From: Cyanidioschyzon merolae | Lineage: Eukaryota | Direction: 5' to 3' (one strand) | DNA length: 64,000 bases | Assembly (NCBI GenBank): GCA_000091205.1 | Contig: AP006501.2 | Shown here: one piece after another, positions 12,644 to 22,923 of the stretch | Position numbering within the stretch: position 1 is the stretch's first letter | How the letters are laid out: each line of letters opens with the position of its first letter | The notes under the pieces: generated by a model | What the model was told of the DNA's origin: nothing | Database searches by the model: none | What the model saw: the letters and a program-made list of their open reading frames with translations, nothing else | Program-made: the position numbers and the translations under genes

Positions 12644-14851
12644 TTGTCGGTAGAGCGATCGTTGTCGTACTTGTTGATCAGCGCCCGTCTTCTGGAAGCG
12701 AGCCCGCTCGTGCTCATGAGTACCGACCTGGAAGAGCTGTCAGCAGCGTGGCAACATCGGCTCCTAGAAGAGTTCACTGTTGTCGACGCTGTTTTCAGTC
12801 AAGTCGTTGTTTTGGTCCAGGCGGGTGTCCCGGTTGGCTCGCCCGTGTTTCGCCGCCTCATCGGTCACATACTAACGACGCTAGACGAAAATGTCGCACG
12901 AAGCCGTGCTTTGCTTTGGAGAGAGGCTGTTTTGAGTGCCCGTCTGAGAGAGCGTGCAAGGAAACCTGTTGTGAGAAGAGAACGCCTGCGACAGCAGTTG
13001 ATATCGGAAGCTTTCAAGAGAGCTCCGAGCACCGATCACGGCCAGCAGCACAGTGTCTCGCTAGAGTCGTCCTTAAAGTTTGGTTTGAGCCTGCTAGGCT
13101 GGCCAGCGGCTGCGGACCACGAAGACGAAGAGAACCGCAAACTGAGCGAACGCTGTACATACGAACGGAGTACCTACGGAACGCGTTTTTTCGTCTCGCT
13201 CCTTCGGGCGCTGCTCAATTTGGGTTTGGGAATAGAGCGTCTCAGTGAAAATACGGATGCCCTCTCCTTTTATTTAGCAGATGTGCCGGTTGAGCCGACG
13301 GAGCTCGGCTGGTCGCCGCCATCGACCTCTTCACCAGAACGATCACCGATGCTTTCGATATCACCACGACGATTCAATGACGGACATACCGCTGCTCAGT
13401 TGGCAGAGCGCAGCCCCGTTAAGGCTAGAAATGTTTGTAATGGGGCGGTACGGAGTTGCAAGACTCGCTCTGAAAATACAGAGCACCCAGCTATCTTAGG
13501 CGCGAATCGGCTAACGAAAGAGCCTATGGATCCGTTGCAGTGGATCGATATTTGTGCGAGTGGTTCCTCCTGGAAGCAGCTCATAGAGCAGGAGATGGTG
13601 GTGGTAGAACATATACCACGGAACGCATCCATATTTCTGGAATGCTTGCTTGGTCTCATCGCGAGAGGTGGCGAACACCAAGAGACATCAGATGCCCATG
13701 CTTCGGAAACAGAAGCTTCCAAGCAATGCGCTAGCTTGTCGAGAACGCTGACCGGCGTAACGTCGTTACAGATTCTTTTCGCTGAATCTGTCCGCATGGA
13801 GTGTTCGCGGAAAATGCGCTCTGGTTTCTTCCAAGCGCTCCCATCACTCCTTCTGCGCGCTTTGGAGCGCAACACCGTCTCGCCTGTTGTGGTGGATTAT
13901 GAGCTGGAGCCGCAGGCCGTTCCCCTGGTAGCGCATCATGGCGAAGAAGAAGCGCCTAGCAATGGCGCTGAGCAGCTGGACGGGTACGAGAAACGACAAT
14001 CATATCAGGTCGCTGCGCACTCGCTCTCCAAGCAACTGGACGATGAGCTTAGCGGCTTGTCGGCGCTTCTCGCTGGGGTCCTGGACCTCTGCCTGGCGTT
14101 TACGGATACGCTGGCGACTCAGCACTTGCGCCTTTCTGGGAAGAAAGGTCTGCGCACCTCGTTCTTTGACGAATCAGCGGCGCTCTTGATGGAGCGTGGG
14201 CACAGCTTTGAAAGTGTCGCGGAGCGTTTCCAGGACGACGTTTCCGCTGCGAAAGACTTCCCAGAAAGCGCCCCAGTGGTGCTCGTACCGCGTTCAGCAT
14301 TCGCGGTGCTGATTTTGTATCCGGGGAGCGCCTCGCTGAAACTGCACATTTGTGATCGTATCTTGGATACGTTTTTTGCAGTGGGTACTGCGAAGATGAC
14401 CGCAGACTCTTGGCGTTTCAAAGAGCCCTCGATCGAGAAACTCATCTGGCATTCAATGCGAATTCGACCGAGGGATCACGAGGGCCCCATTCGGAACTCA
14501 GACTTTGGAATGACAGCGACCATCATCGCCGATGCGGGCTCGTCGACACAGGCGGAGACGTCACACACCGACACACTGTGCGTTGGTATCGTTCCAGATT
14601 CACCAATTTCGTCAGCCCCGAAACTGTTGGAAGAGTACCTGCTGAGCATGATTGGTCTGCTCAACGGTTATTTGGGAAGCGTTCTTTCCGAACGGGAGGC
14701 GAATAGCGCTTCGCCAAACATCCGCAACGCTTTTCTGGAGACATCCTCTTCTTTGGCAGCCTTTCTAGAAGGGTTAATATTTAATCCAATTTATGCATCC
14801 TGGAGATGGCATATCACTGATTTACTTGAGAGTCTGGAGCGCGAACTGTGA
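12644..14851 (+). CDS. Hypothetical protein (735-aa ORF; likely start at a downstream Met, e.g. MSTDLEEL.. near ~12716); no recognisable domain
   Basis: It is a long uninterrupted ORF in a genome context where neighbouring genes are single-exon. Codon usage is GC3-rich like the other genes here. I recognised no motif. Confidence 0.45.
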   Translation: MSVERSLSYLLISARLLEASPLVLMSTDLEELSAAWQHRLLEEFTVVDAVFSQVVVLVQAGVPVGSPVFRRLIGHILTTLDENVARSRALLWREAVLSARLRERARKPVVRRERLRQQLISEAFKRAPSTDHGQQHSVSLESSLKFGLSLLGWPAAADHEDEENRKLSERCTYERSTYGTRFFVSLLRALLNLGLGIERLSENTDALSFYLADVPVEPTELGWSPPSTSSPERSPMLSISPRRFNDGHTAAQLAERSPVKARNVCNGAVRSCKTRSENTEHPAILGANRLTKEPMDPLQWIDICASGSSWKQLIEQEMVVVEHIPRNASIFLECLLGLIARGGEHQETSDAHASETEASKQCASLSRTLTGVTSLQILFAESVRMECSRKMRSGFFQALPSLLLRALERNTVSPVVVDYELEPQAVPLVAHHGEEEAPSNGAEQLDGYEKRQSYQVAAHSLSKQLDDELSGLSALLAGVLDLCLAFTDTLATQHLRLSGKKGLRTSFFDESAALLMERGHSFESVAERFQDDVSAAKDFPESAPVVLVPRSAFAVLILYPGSASLKLHICDRILDTFFAVGTAKMTADSWRFKEPSIEKLIWHSMRIRPRDHEGPIRNSDFGMTATIIADAGSSTQAETSHTDTLCVGIVPDSPISSAPKLLEEYLLSMIGLLNGYLGSVLSEREANSASPNIRNAFLETSSSLAAFLEGLIFNPIYASWRWHITDLLESLEREL

Positions 14852-15679
14852 GTGTGCTATCGATGTGGATGGCATTTTCGGAGAATACGTAATTCGCCGT
14901 GTTCGATGACGAATTACCGGGAGTCGATCCTCGTTTTGCGATCGCTCCACAGTGATGCTGGTGAGCGACACAGTAGCTCCCGGCAATATTATTGATTCGG
15001 GTCGAGCGCCAGTCTTTTCAGAAATGTACAGGGTGCTATCCTGATGTTGCCAAAATCTGCTGCTGCTAGATTTATATACATGTGCTTTGGCACGGAGCGA
15101 TTTTCGCATCGAATTGCGGATTTCAGCCTATGAAGACGGTTCAGCTCGCTTGTGCCAACTCGACACAAATTTGGTCACTGCTGTGGGGCATACTTTTACG
15201 GCATTTGTGTAAAGGGCGAGGTCTCGCCACAATAGCTCTGCTGGGATCACAGTCAATGCTTTGATGCTAAACGGGCACCAGCGTCAGCACGGGCTGGAAA
15301 CGTGTATACCCTGGTACGCGGAACACAAGCGCACTGGGCGGGCTTCTCGCAAGTGCGAGTTTTCGCAGTCGCGGCCCTAGGTATCGAGATTTAGTTCGCC
15401 TTTGGAACCCGCCTCAGTTTGGCTGCGAGCCTTCGCCACCAATCCATGCTAGAAAGTCGGCGCTGCGGAGCCTGACAATACTTGCAGCTGCAACTCTGGC
15501 CGAATCTGCGCCGCACGAGGACGCTAGAAAGTTCGTTGATTGGGCGACGCAGGCAGCAGACTCTTCCAGATGCAACTGTCGTGTGCCCGGAAACCTGCTA
15601 AAATGTTGTGGAAGCTCTGCTCGGGCGTTTTCAAGAAATATTTCCATGCTTGGTGCATCTCCAACCGCGACATCGCATC

Positions 15680-17630
15680 ATGTGAGCTTGTCATGTTCGG
15701 GCTCAGTAAGAGGGAAAGCCTCAACAAGAGAACCTCCTTGATGCCAGCGGGGAGGCAAGCAGCGCTTAGTGCTCGATGAACTTTGCGCCCAGAGCAAGCG
15801 CATAGGGTACACACACAGACGCCCAGTGCAACAAAAACATTCCACGACCGTGTAGGGGTAATGAATACCCATGGGCAGACGCCTCCGGGCGTTTGTCGGC
15901 CCCTCCCCTGCTCCTGGCTTCAGCTTCTCTTTGTGCACTTCGACCATGACACACTGCCCTGCAAATTTGAGTAGTGTAAGCTCCTCGAGTCTCGTCCTCA
16001 GCACCGCATATCTTATGATATTGATGGCGTTGTTGAAGTCTCGGTTCACAAAGTCCATGCGCTTGTCGCTTCTGGTGGAACTTTGCAATGCGGGGAGTCT
16101 TCGAAATCGCGACCTCTATGCCGTTCGCGGCTTTGTCAGCTCGCCGTGCTTTTGTATCCTCAAAACGATCCGTTGGCTTTTCTCTGTCACAACTTTCTGG
16201 AGTGTCCACCTCAGCCCAATCTTTATATTTTGAAAATGAATGCACTTTTTTATGCAATTTGATGAGTACCTTTCCGAAGGGAGAAGAACTTGCGGAAGAA
16301 AGACCACATATGCCCTGGTGCCACCGTGTGCTGAACGCTTCAGTGGTTCGCCCAGTGGAGTGATCATAGCGTTTCACGACAGAAAACATTCCTTCCATGG
16401 TGTTGAGCCACGAGGTGTGCGGAGGAATCAAAAGCAGCGCTACCCCGATAGAATCGGCAAATGGTCGAATGCAAGGCGATGGTGAAATGCCGCGTTGTCC
16501 GGTAGAAAGACGTCGCCGGACGTCAGAGAACAGTCTTCAACGGTTCGACAATGTGAATGCAGCTGTGCGAGCCTTCTCTAAGAGCGAAGCTGAGGCGACC
16601 AAATGAATCCGCTGCATCTAGAGGAGATGATGGTATCCTCGTTCTCTACGAGTTCCATCGTTTTTAGAACGGGTTCCCTTCACCCCGAATATTTATGCAC
16701 ACTCCGCCGGCATCAACTGAAGGAATTCCGGGCGACTGAAGAAATAAAGCCACGTCACTGTGTATTATACCCATCAAGACGTTCCAGGAACGCTTTAGTT
16801 GCGATTTCGGTGGAAGATGGCTGCGCACGGACGAGGACTCGTTTTTTCGACCATATCTTAGTGTTTCCAGGACCACTCGAACAATATGTTGGGCAACAGA
16901 GACACCTGTAGTTCCTACTATCGCTGCTTTTGCTTTCCTTATGATGATAAACAGGTCGTTTTCTACCATTGATCGCAGGCAGTCTTCGAGAATATCGGTT
17001 TTTAACGCGGATCGCGAAACCTCCTTTGTTTCCGTATTCCTCAATCATCTGCCTACTGTGGTAGACTGACCTGAATGAGGAATGCAGGCCTCCTTGCAAT
17101 GTTCAGTAAACAACGTATATCCGTCAGGCAACTCATCAACGATCTATACAGTCCAATGCATGGTGATGTGGATCGCCTCTTATCCACTTCAAAAAAGCAT
17201 TCAACGGCACGCAGCCGAGGTGAAACAGAAATGAGTTCAAGGTACGCTTCGTACGCGCGCCCTGCCTTTACAGCGTCGAGGATCGAACGCTATATTTTAT
17301 TACTTTTTTGTCGTTTTCTGTGTGTGTTCGAGGCAACGCTTGCTGGAGTTGAACTGAACGCTCAGATATGGCCCTTGGTCGTTTTCCAAGCTCGTACACA
17401 ACGAGCGCCGGCACCTCTAGAGGTAGCGGCGGGGCTGGCTTACTACCGTTCTCTCAAGAGCCGTTGGTTGAACCGCGCGTCCTACAGCGGGCGATTCAGA
17501 ACCGAATAACACGAAGGCGAATTCGTTTGGTTGGAGATTCACTCGTGCTTGTGTGCTCTGTTGCTGTAGCCGCTTCAATACTTGGGAGGACTTACCAACT
17601 GTACTCAGAAAGTAGTAATAGGTCGGCAAA
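15680..17630 (-). mobile_element. Decayed Tc1/mariner-like (DDE_3) transposon remnant, frame-disrupted, with an adjacent TnpB/Fanzor-like C-terminal remnant
   Basis: Minus-strand translation ~16536-16370 reads ..GISPSPCIRPFADSIGVALLLIPPHTSWLNTMEGMFSVVKRY, matching the Tc1/mariner C-terminal hallmark (FQQDNAPCH..[~15 aa]..LPPYSPDLNPIEnlWsilKR). ORF 16664..17044(-) contains WNVLMGIIHSDVALFLQ, which resembles W..VLFSDESKFnLF (the first catalytic D) about 90 aa upstream. ORF 17417..17629(-) has a weak HTH-like LSTVGKSSQVLKRL. The frames are broken, so this is a pseudogene. Confidence 0.5.
15980..16140 (-). pseudogene. TnpB/Fanzor-like RuvC-III remnant (motif NRDFNNAINII, compare consensus [DN]xDxNAAxNI)
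   Basis: ORF 15678..16088(-) begins ..SDKRMDFVNRDFNNAINIIRYAVL. The overlapping upstream frame reads ..ANGIEVAISKTPRIAKFHQ, loosely resembling the ..G.kv..V.p.yTSqtCs.CGh Zn-ribbon region with its cysteines lost. A homologous segment occurs at 36425-36788. Confidence 0.45.
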
Positions 17631-18358
17631 GTAGAAAGTCGACGCCTCGCCTAGATCAGCATTTGCTGCAAAACTTTCGTTCTTGATGCGCGGCAGGTTG
17701 TTGCTGCTTTCATCCTGCTGTGCCTAGGCAACTCAACGGCTAAAGTATGTTGAACTATACGCGTTTATGTTTTTGTTGCTCGCGAGCTGGTTTTGCGAAC
17801 AAACCTGGTTTTTTCAGAATAGTTGAAGGATCGTTTGGAAGTAACACTCGTTCGTATCCATTCGAAGCAGATTCCGGTGCAGGGTGCCCACATGAAACAA
17901 TTCGTTCGCTTCGCATATTCCTGCTTCAGATGGAGTTCTGCCACGCCTCGACACAGAGGCGCGTTTCGAGTTCGGCAGAACTGGTCTGCGTTGCGACAGT
18001 ACACCCTGGAGTCGCAACTGGCATCGGAGGCATCTCGTAGGCGGTTGTTTTTCTGCCCGCGAAGTGAACGCTTCTGCTCCAAAGTCTTGGGTACCCAGAT
18101 TTCGACTGGAGTGTGAGCACTTCTCAGCGAGAGCGACATTTGGCCCCTGGTTCTCCATGAACTCGAGTAATCGTAGCTGATAGACATGTAAGTGCGGCGC
18201 TGGCTGTCTGGCGAGCGGAAAGCTGATGTATAGAGCGCGAGCCGTCTCTGTCAGTTAGCACTGACTTGGCATCTCTGCGTTCAGCCGATTCTCTTCTTCA
18301 ACTTTCACGAATGTCAGACTTAAATAGAATGATTCCGCACAGGGCACTTCAGCGCTTA

Positions 18359-19633
18359 CACTAAAGTTTGGGTGTCCTCCTGCAATGACCTGCACCAGCC
18401 ATTGCGGTTATTTCTGCGACTGCCTCATTGCCCTCCCTCCTGTCTCTATAGCTCCGTTGCCAGCGGTCGAGGAATCCTGATCGCAGCGCCAAAGCTCCTA
18501 TTTCGAGGCTTCCGACTGTTGTCGATGCATTTTATAGGCGGACGGAGGTGGCGTTCTGCGCTTCGCTTGCCAATTTCATTTTCTTCGTGTATAGCCTCTG
18601 TGCGCCGTTCGTGGCGGTGACTCATGAGGCCGGCATCGTGTCCACAGCTGTCCGCGACACTTGCACCTTCGAGGACTTGCCTGCAGCGCGCGAACGCTTG
18701 TTTCATCGCTCGGCACATGCCCGATACTAGTTCAAGAGGTTCCCATAAATGCACGCTGTCGTTTCCGCACACAGTTTCTACTCTACGATCACCGGCCTCG
18801 TCGGGGCGATCCCGTCAGCGGCTGCGTCGTTCGATGCACACGCAGACGCACATTGTCTCGCACGATGAAGAGATTTGTGGAACGCGACGTAGTTCACGTT
18901 GTAACAGGTGCTCAGATGAAAACCTGGGCAGGAGAACAACTCGAAAACCTGCGACCTGTCTCTGCTCCCTTCGTGCACATTGATGACGCACTGCCCACCG
19001 AGCGCAATCGCTGTCACGACTGACGTCAGAGTCCACAGCGCTGTTCCATGCAAGACGGTGGCGACGGACGCCTCCGAGAGCACATCCCGTGAGAGGAATC
19101 ACGGTGGCGTCGACTGCCTTCTCATCGACGGCGACGAAGAGAGGGCCATTTGCTTTTCGAAGCGAATCGATGATTTGACGTGACAATTGCAGTGAACTTT
19201 CGGCATGAACTTTTTGTGAACAGGTCGTCAACGGCGGACGTCGAGTGATTCTCCACGCCAATGCCGCAGCGCGCATCGCTGCACCACAAGGTGGTATGGT
19301 ACAGTCGATCGAAACCTCTAACCATGCGCGATGTGAATATGCTTTACATGAGAAAATGCGAAGCGCCGATGTTGATGCGTACAAGTTGGATGATGATATC
19401 GGGTAAGGCACGAATCCGTGCTCGAGGGCGTCGCGAATGATGTCAATGACGATGACGTGACGAATACGAGCGGCAAAGCATCGAAAGAGCTACTCCGAGG
19501 ACACGATCCAGAATTCTGAAACTCTATATGAGTATGTAGTGCTTTATTGCTTCACTGTGAACGCCGAGGCTGTAAAGCGAAAGCGTCCGGACGGAATGAG
19601 AGAGAAAGGCGGGAACAGGGCAAACATTTCAGT
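18359..19633. repeat. Direct repeat copy 2 (pairs with 1-1272)
   Basis: The same ORF translations recur, as listed for copy 1. Differences cluster around copy-relative position ~240-290. Confidence 0.9.
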
Positions 19634-19903
19634 ATTCCATTTTACTCTGCCTCATTTTTGGGCCAGCGGGTTCACGCCCTGTCTCTAGACAGCGCCAAAA
19701 CCGACGTAATGAACGGATGCAATCGCCATGGAAGGAGCGTTGCCGAGCCTCCTAGTTTCACGATACTGCTCCCGGGCAGCGAGGACGCGCGAAAGGCGCA
19801 CTCGAGACGCAGCACGCACGTCAACGGTGCTCAGGTAGACGGGGGTGCAACCACCACGAACATAGCTTCATTAAACCCCACAAGTCCCCATTCCTTATCA
19901 CAA

Positions 19904-20299
19904 TCAAACACCGTGACGTAGTTTCACGAGCTCCTCGACGAGCTCAGGGGTCGTCTTTATACCGTGCTTCTGCAAGACGCCCTGGATGGCCTCTCTCTCC
20001 TGTGCAAGCTGCTCTTCAGTCGGAGCAACCTGGCGAGCCATCTTTGCTGCAAGCCGCTTCAGCACCAGTTCGTCCTCTTTACTAAAATACATATTCTCTT
20101 GGGATGTCTCGCGCTCCTGCCAGCGACGTCCAAGGCTCCCGGCTGCAATCCTGGATTCGTCGCTGCCGCCAGCGTAGTGGCGCCGAGTTTGTCTGGGTTC
20201 AGCAACTACAGCACGCTCGCTCCGCGCGGTCCAAACTGATCGCAACGCTTGCAAAGACCGCACCAGTTGTCGGTTCCAAATCGATGACCGGAGACTCAT
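19904..20299 (-). CDS. Mitochondrial ATPase inhibitor IF1-like small coiled-coil protein (start at MSLRSS.., within a longer TTG-initiated ORF 19904..20503)
   Basis: An N-terminal presequence-like segment MSLRSSIWNRQLVRSLQALRSV is followed by GGSDESRIAAGSLGRRWQERETSQENMYFSKEDELVLKRLAAKMARQ. This resembles the IF1 core (GSDQSE..GAGSIREAGG..EEERYFRAQSREQLAALKK). Confidence 0.5.
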   Translation of the reverse strand: MSLRSSIWNRQLVRSLQALRSVWTARSERAVVAEPRQTRRHYAGGSDESRIAAGSLGRRWQERETSQENMYFSKEDELVLKRLAAKMARQVAPTEEQLAQEREAIQGVLQKHGIKTTPELVEELVKLRHGV

Positions 20300-22067
20300 G
20301 ACACGGTGCTCTGTTGGATATATCGTCAACGCAGTTCTATGTGCAGCGCAGCGCTTCATCGAGAAGCGCCCGACGCGGTTGCACGATTCGCGTTTGTGTC
20401 GGGCTGCTGATCGTGGCTGAGCATCGTCCGCAAGCCCATGTACTAAATTTTTCTCCCAGATTGTAGAACGGAAGCGTTCATGTCGGACAATCTTCGAAGG
20501 CAAGTACGGGCGGTGATAAATGATAGAACTTGAGGGTATGGTTCAGAATGATAGACAGTCTCAAGGATTCCGATGATAATCACGTTGTAGGTGATCCGCT
20601 CGTTCGTGTCAACGAGAGCTTACCCACGAAAACACATTCGAGTCTAATGCGCTGGACGCGCATGCTCTGCCAATTTCTGGGACGCAGGTGTAATATCCCC
20701 AACATATCACAGACTACATTCTTACTCCCCGACGGAGGCCATCTGCAGAGAACCAGGCTCTACTCGTCGACAATCTGGGCACTCGCTGAGATATGCAGTA
20801 TTGCGCTTCACCGACAGCGCATCTTTGCGAACTGCGAAAACTGTCTCTCACAGCGCGGATCTGGAGCGTGCCTTTCGATGTAGACGGCTGAGTCCGCACA
20901 TGCCAGCGGCCGTGGGATGAGCAGGGACGTTGTTGCCTTGCTGCACAGACGCGAACCTGCCATCCAATTGGAAAGTGATTGCTGAGCTGCTCGGCGAACT
21001 GGGAATGTCCACTGCCGACACACTAGAGCTGAACGCCCTGGACAAGCACCGTCGGTACAGGATTGACGCTCCTGCGGAGTCGAACTGACAATATAGAACT
21101 GAATCCGAATCGGTGCAGGCATTTCTAGAGCGCGTCGCACCAAAAGCACGCTTCTCGGAAATGCATGGAGCACTCGAAAGTGACCGATAAGCACATCTGC
21201 GCGCTCTGGCGGCTACGTACGCTCCAGTCATGAATCGGAATCCTCTTTGTGCTTGTCATCCTGCTGCGTTCGCCTGATGCCCGCATCAGAAACGCGCCCC
21301 AAGACGATTACGCATCATCACAACGTCCAGATGCCGTCGTCCGAAGCTGAACAGCGCAGCGACGCTCGTCTGTGTATCATGTACGATTTACGACCAAGTC
21401 ACGCCACTGGGAACGCGGAACCTGCTGTCCGCTTCGTCACGAGTGCATACTGTATCGTGCCAGGGGCTACGGACGAAAAGCTTTCGTAGAGACGTTTCTC
21501 GGGCGCTTAGGATTCGACCAGGCACGAGTGATAATTTGTTTGGAGAGCGCTTGTGCAAGCACGGAGCAGACTGCTGTTTTCTCATGGGTTTACACTCGAA
21601 GCGTCGAAGACGCTGTTCTCCGGATTCGTGGACGCTGCCGGCTGACAGGGCACTCGCTTCATGTCAACTGCGGATACATATACTCGTTGCGCTGAGCGCG
21701 TGGAGTCCTCGCGTATTTTACGCGGCCTGAATAAACGAGTCTTGCCCCGTGTCTCTGGATTTTCCGGGTTTGTAGAATGGTTGATGCGAACCAGGAAACT
21801 CTATGCTGCGCGATATTTATCGGCATCCGGGAGAGCGCCCGACATGCTGTACTAGACCTTCAAGTTCTGAACAGCACCACCGCCAGTAGCTCCCTGCGGA
21901 AATGCTGGTTTATTCATATAATCCTTCGCGTGCCGAACACCTCTGTCGAAACGACTGGTGACGGTAACCGGGGCGCCAGGCATTCGCGGCACCAGAGCGT
22001 GCATCGCTGAAGTGCGCAGCGCTGCAGCTTCGTCAACGCTCCGCTAAAGTAAAACGGTTTAAGCGAC

Positions 22068-22523
22068 ATGGACAACGTAGATAGGAAAGCGGACGGATCT
22101 TCGCCCGCTAGCCAGTCTAGAGCGACCGTGGCGACAACAGCAAAAGAGCCGAAACCAGGGTTCCAGCAGCCGTTCGCCCGTGAGGACGCCCATAAGCTCC
22201 TTTCGCGGGCCAAGCTAGAGGCCCTGCTCGAAGAGGTGGCGCCCGGTGAGCGCCTGGACGACGACGTTGTGGCTCTCTTGCAAGAGCACATAGAGGACTT
22301 TGTGGAGAGTGCACTCGACTACGCATGTCGTCTGGCGAAACACCGCAAGAGTCGGACGATTGAAGCGCGGGACGTGCAGCTGTACCTGCAAAAGGCCTGG
22401 TGTCAGCGCGTGCCTGGCTATGGAGTTGAAGAGCGTGTTCGAAGACGAAGTGAGGTGCCGGCGCATGTCAAGCGAATGGCAGAGGCGCGCAAACAACGGA
22501 ACATTTACGCTTCAAGTCGTTGA
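22068..22523 (+). CDS. TAF12: TFIID subunit TAF12 (histone-fold domain)
   Basis: LDDDVVALLQEHIEDFVESALDYACRLAKHRKSRTIEARDVQLYLQKAWCQRVPGYG matches the TAF12 histone fold (..[43 protein letters not shown]). Confidence 0.85.
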   Translation: MDNVDRKADGSSPASQSRATVATTAKEPKPGFQQPFAREDAHKLLSRAKLEALLEEVAPGERLDDDVVALLQEHIEDFVESALDYACRLAKHRKSRTIEARDVQLYLQKAWCQRVPGYGVEERVRRRSEVPAHVKRMAEARKQRNIYASSR

Positions 22524-22923
22524 GTGCAGCTGCTCGTGCACCACACCCGAACGCCTCAAGCTGCCGGCTCGTGTGTTGGCGTCTATGCTTCCGAATTAGA
22601 TCACTCTAAAGAATTTCATCATTTGGATGAGCGAGAGGAAACGCGAATGCATTTTTTTCCAGCTGCACATGCGGTGGTCTTTACGCGCTGGCGAAAGACC
22701 GTATGGGATCCATATGTTTTTGACTGCTGCTAAGAGCAACTGCACTGCACAGGCGGCGCGAAGACGGAGCAAAGCGAGTTCGCAAGATACGCCTCCTCGT
22801 GTGAACTAGCAACAGAGTCTAGTTCCAATCAGGGAACGTGCCCAGTTCCATACGGAACCATCTGTGGACCTCTGAGCACGCGCATACTGTGCAACCGGAA
22901 TGAGACTTGTTTTGCGCAAGCGA

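Noticed and set aside
12511-13248. 245-aa plus-strand ORF overlapping the start of the 735-aa ORF in another frame
   Set aside because: It is Arg/Pro/Ala-rich, typical of an off-frame translation of GC-rich coding DNA, and has no motif. The longer 12644..14851 frame is preferred.
16380-16540. Calling the Tc1/mariner-like piece an active transposase gene
   Set aside because: The catalytic-residue contexts are degraded (the DNAPCH region reads GISPSPCI). The frames are interrupted by stops between fragments, and no intact N-terminal HTH ORF or TIRs were identified. It is treated as a fossil.
1-19633. Interpreting the 1.27-kb direct repeats as LTRs of an LTR retrotransposon
   Set aside because: The 17 kb between them encodes ordinary host genes (Sec61-beta, ESF1, MRPL47 and others). 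There is no gag/pol/RT/integrase, no primer-binding site or polypurine tract next to the repeats, and the repeat ends are not TG..CA.
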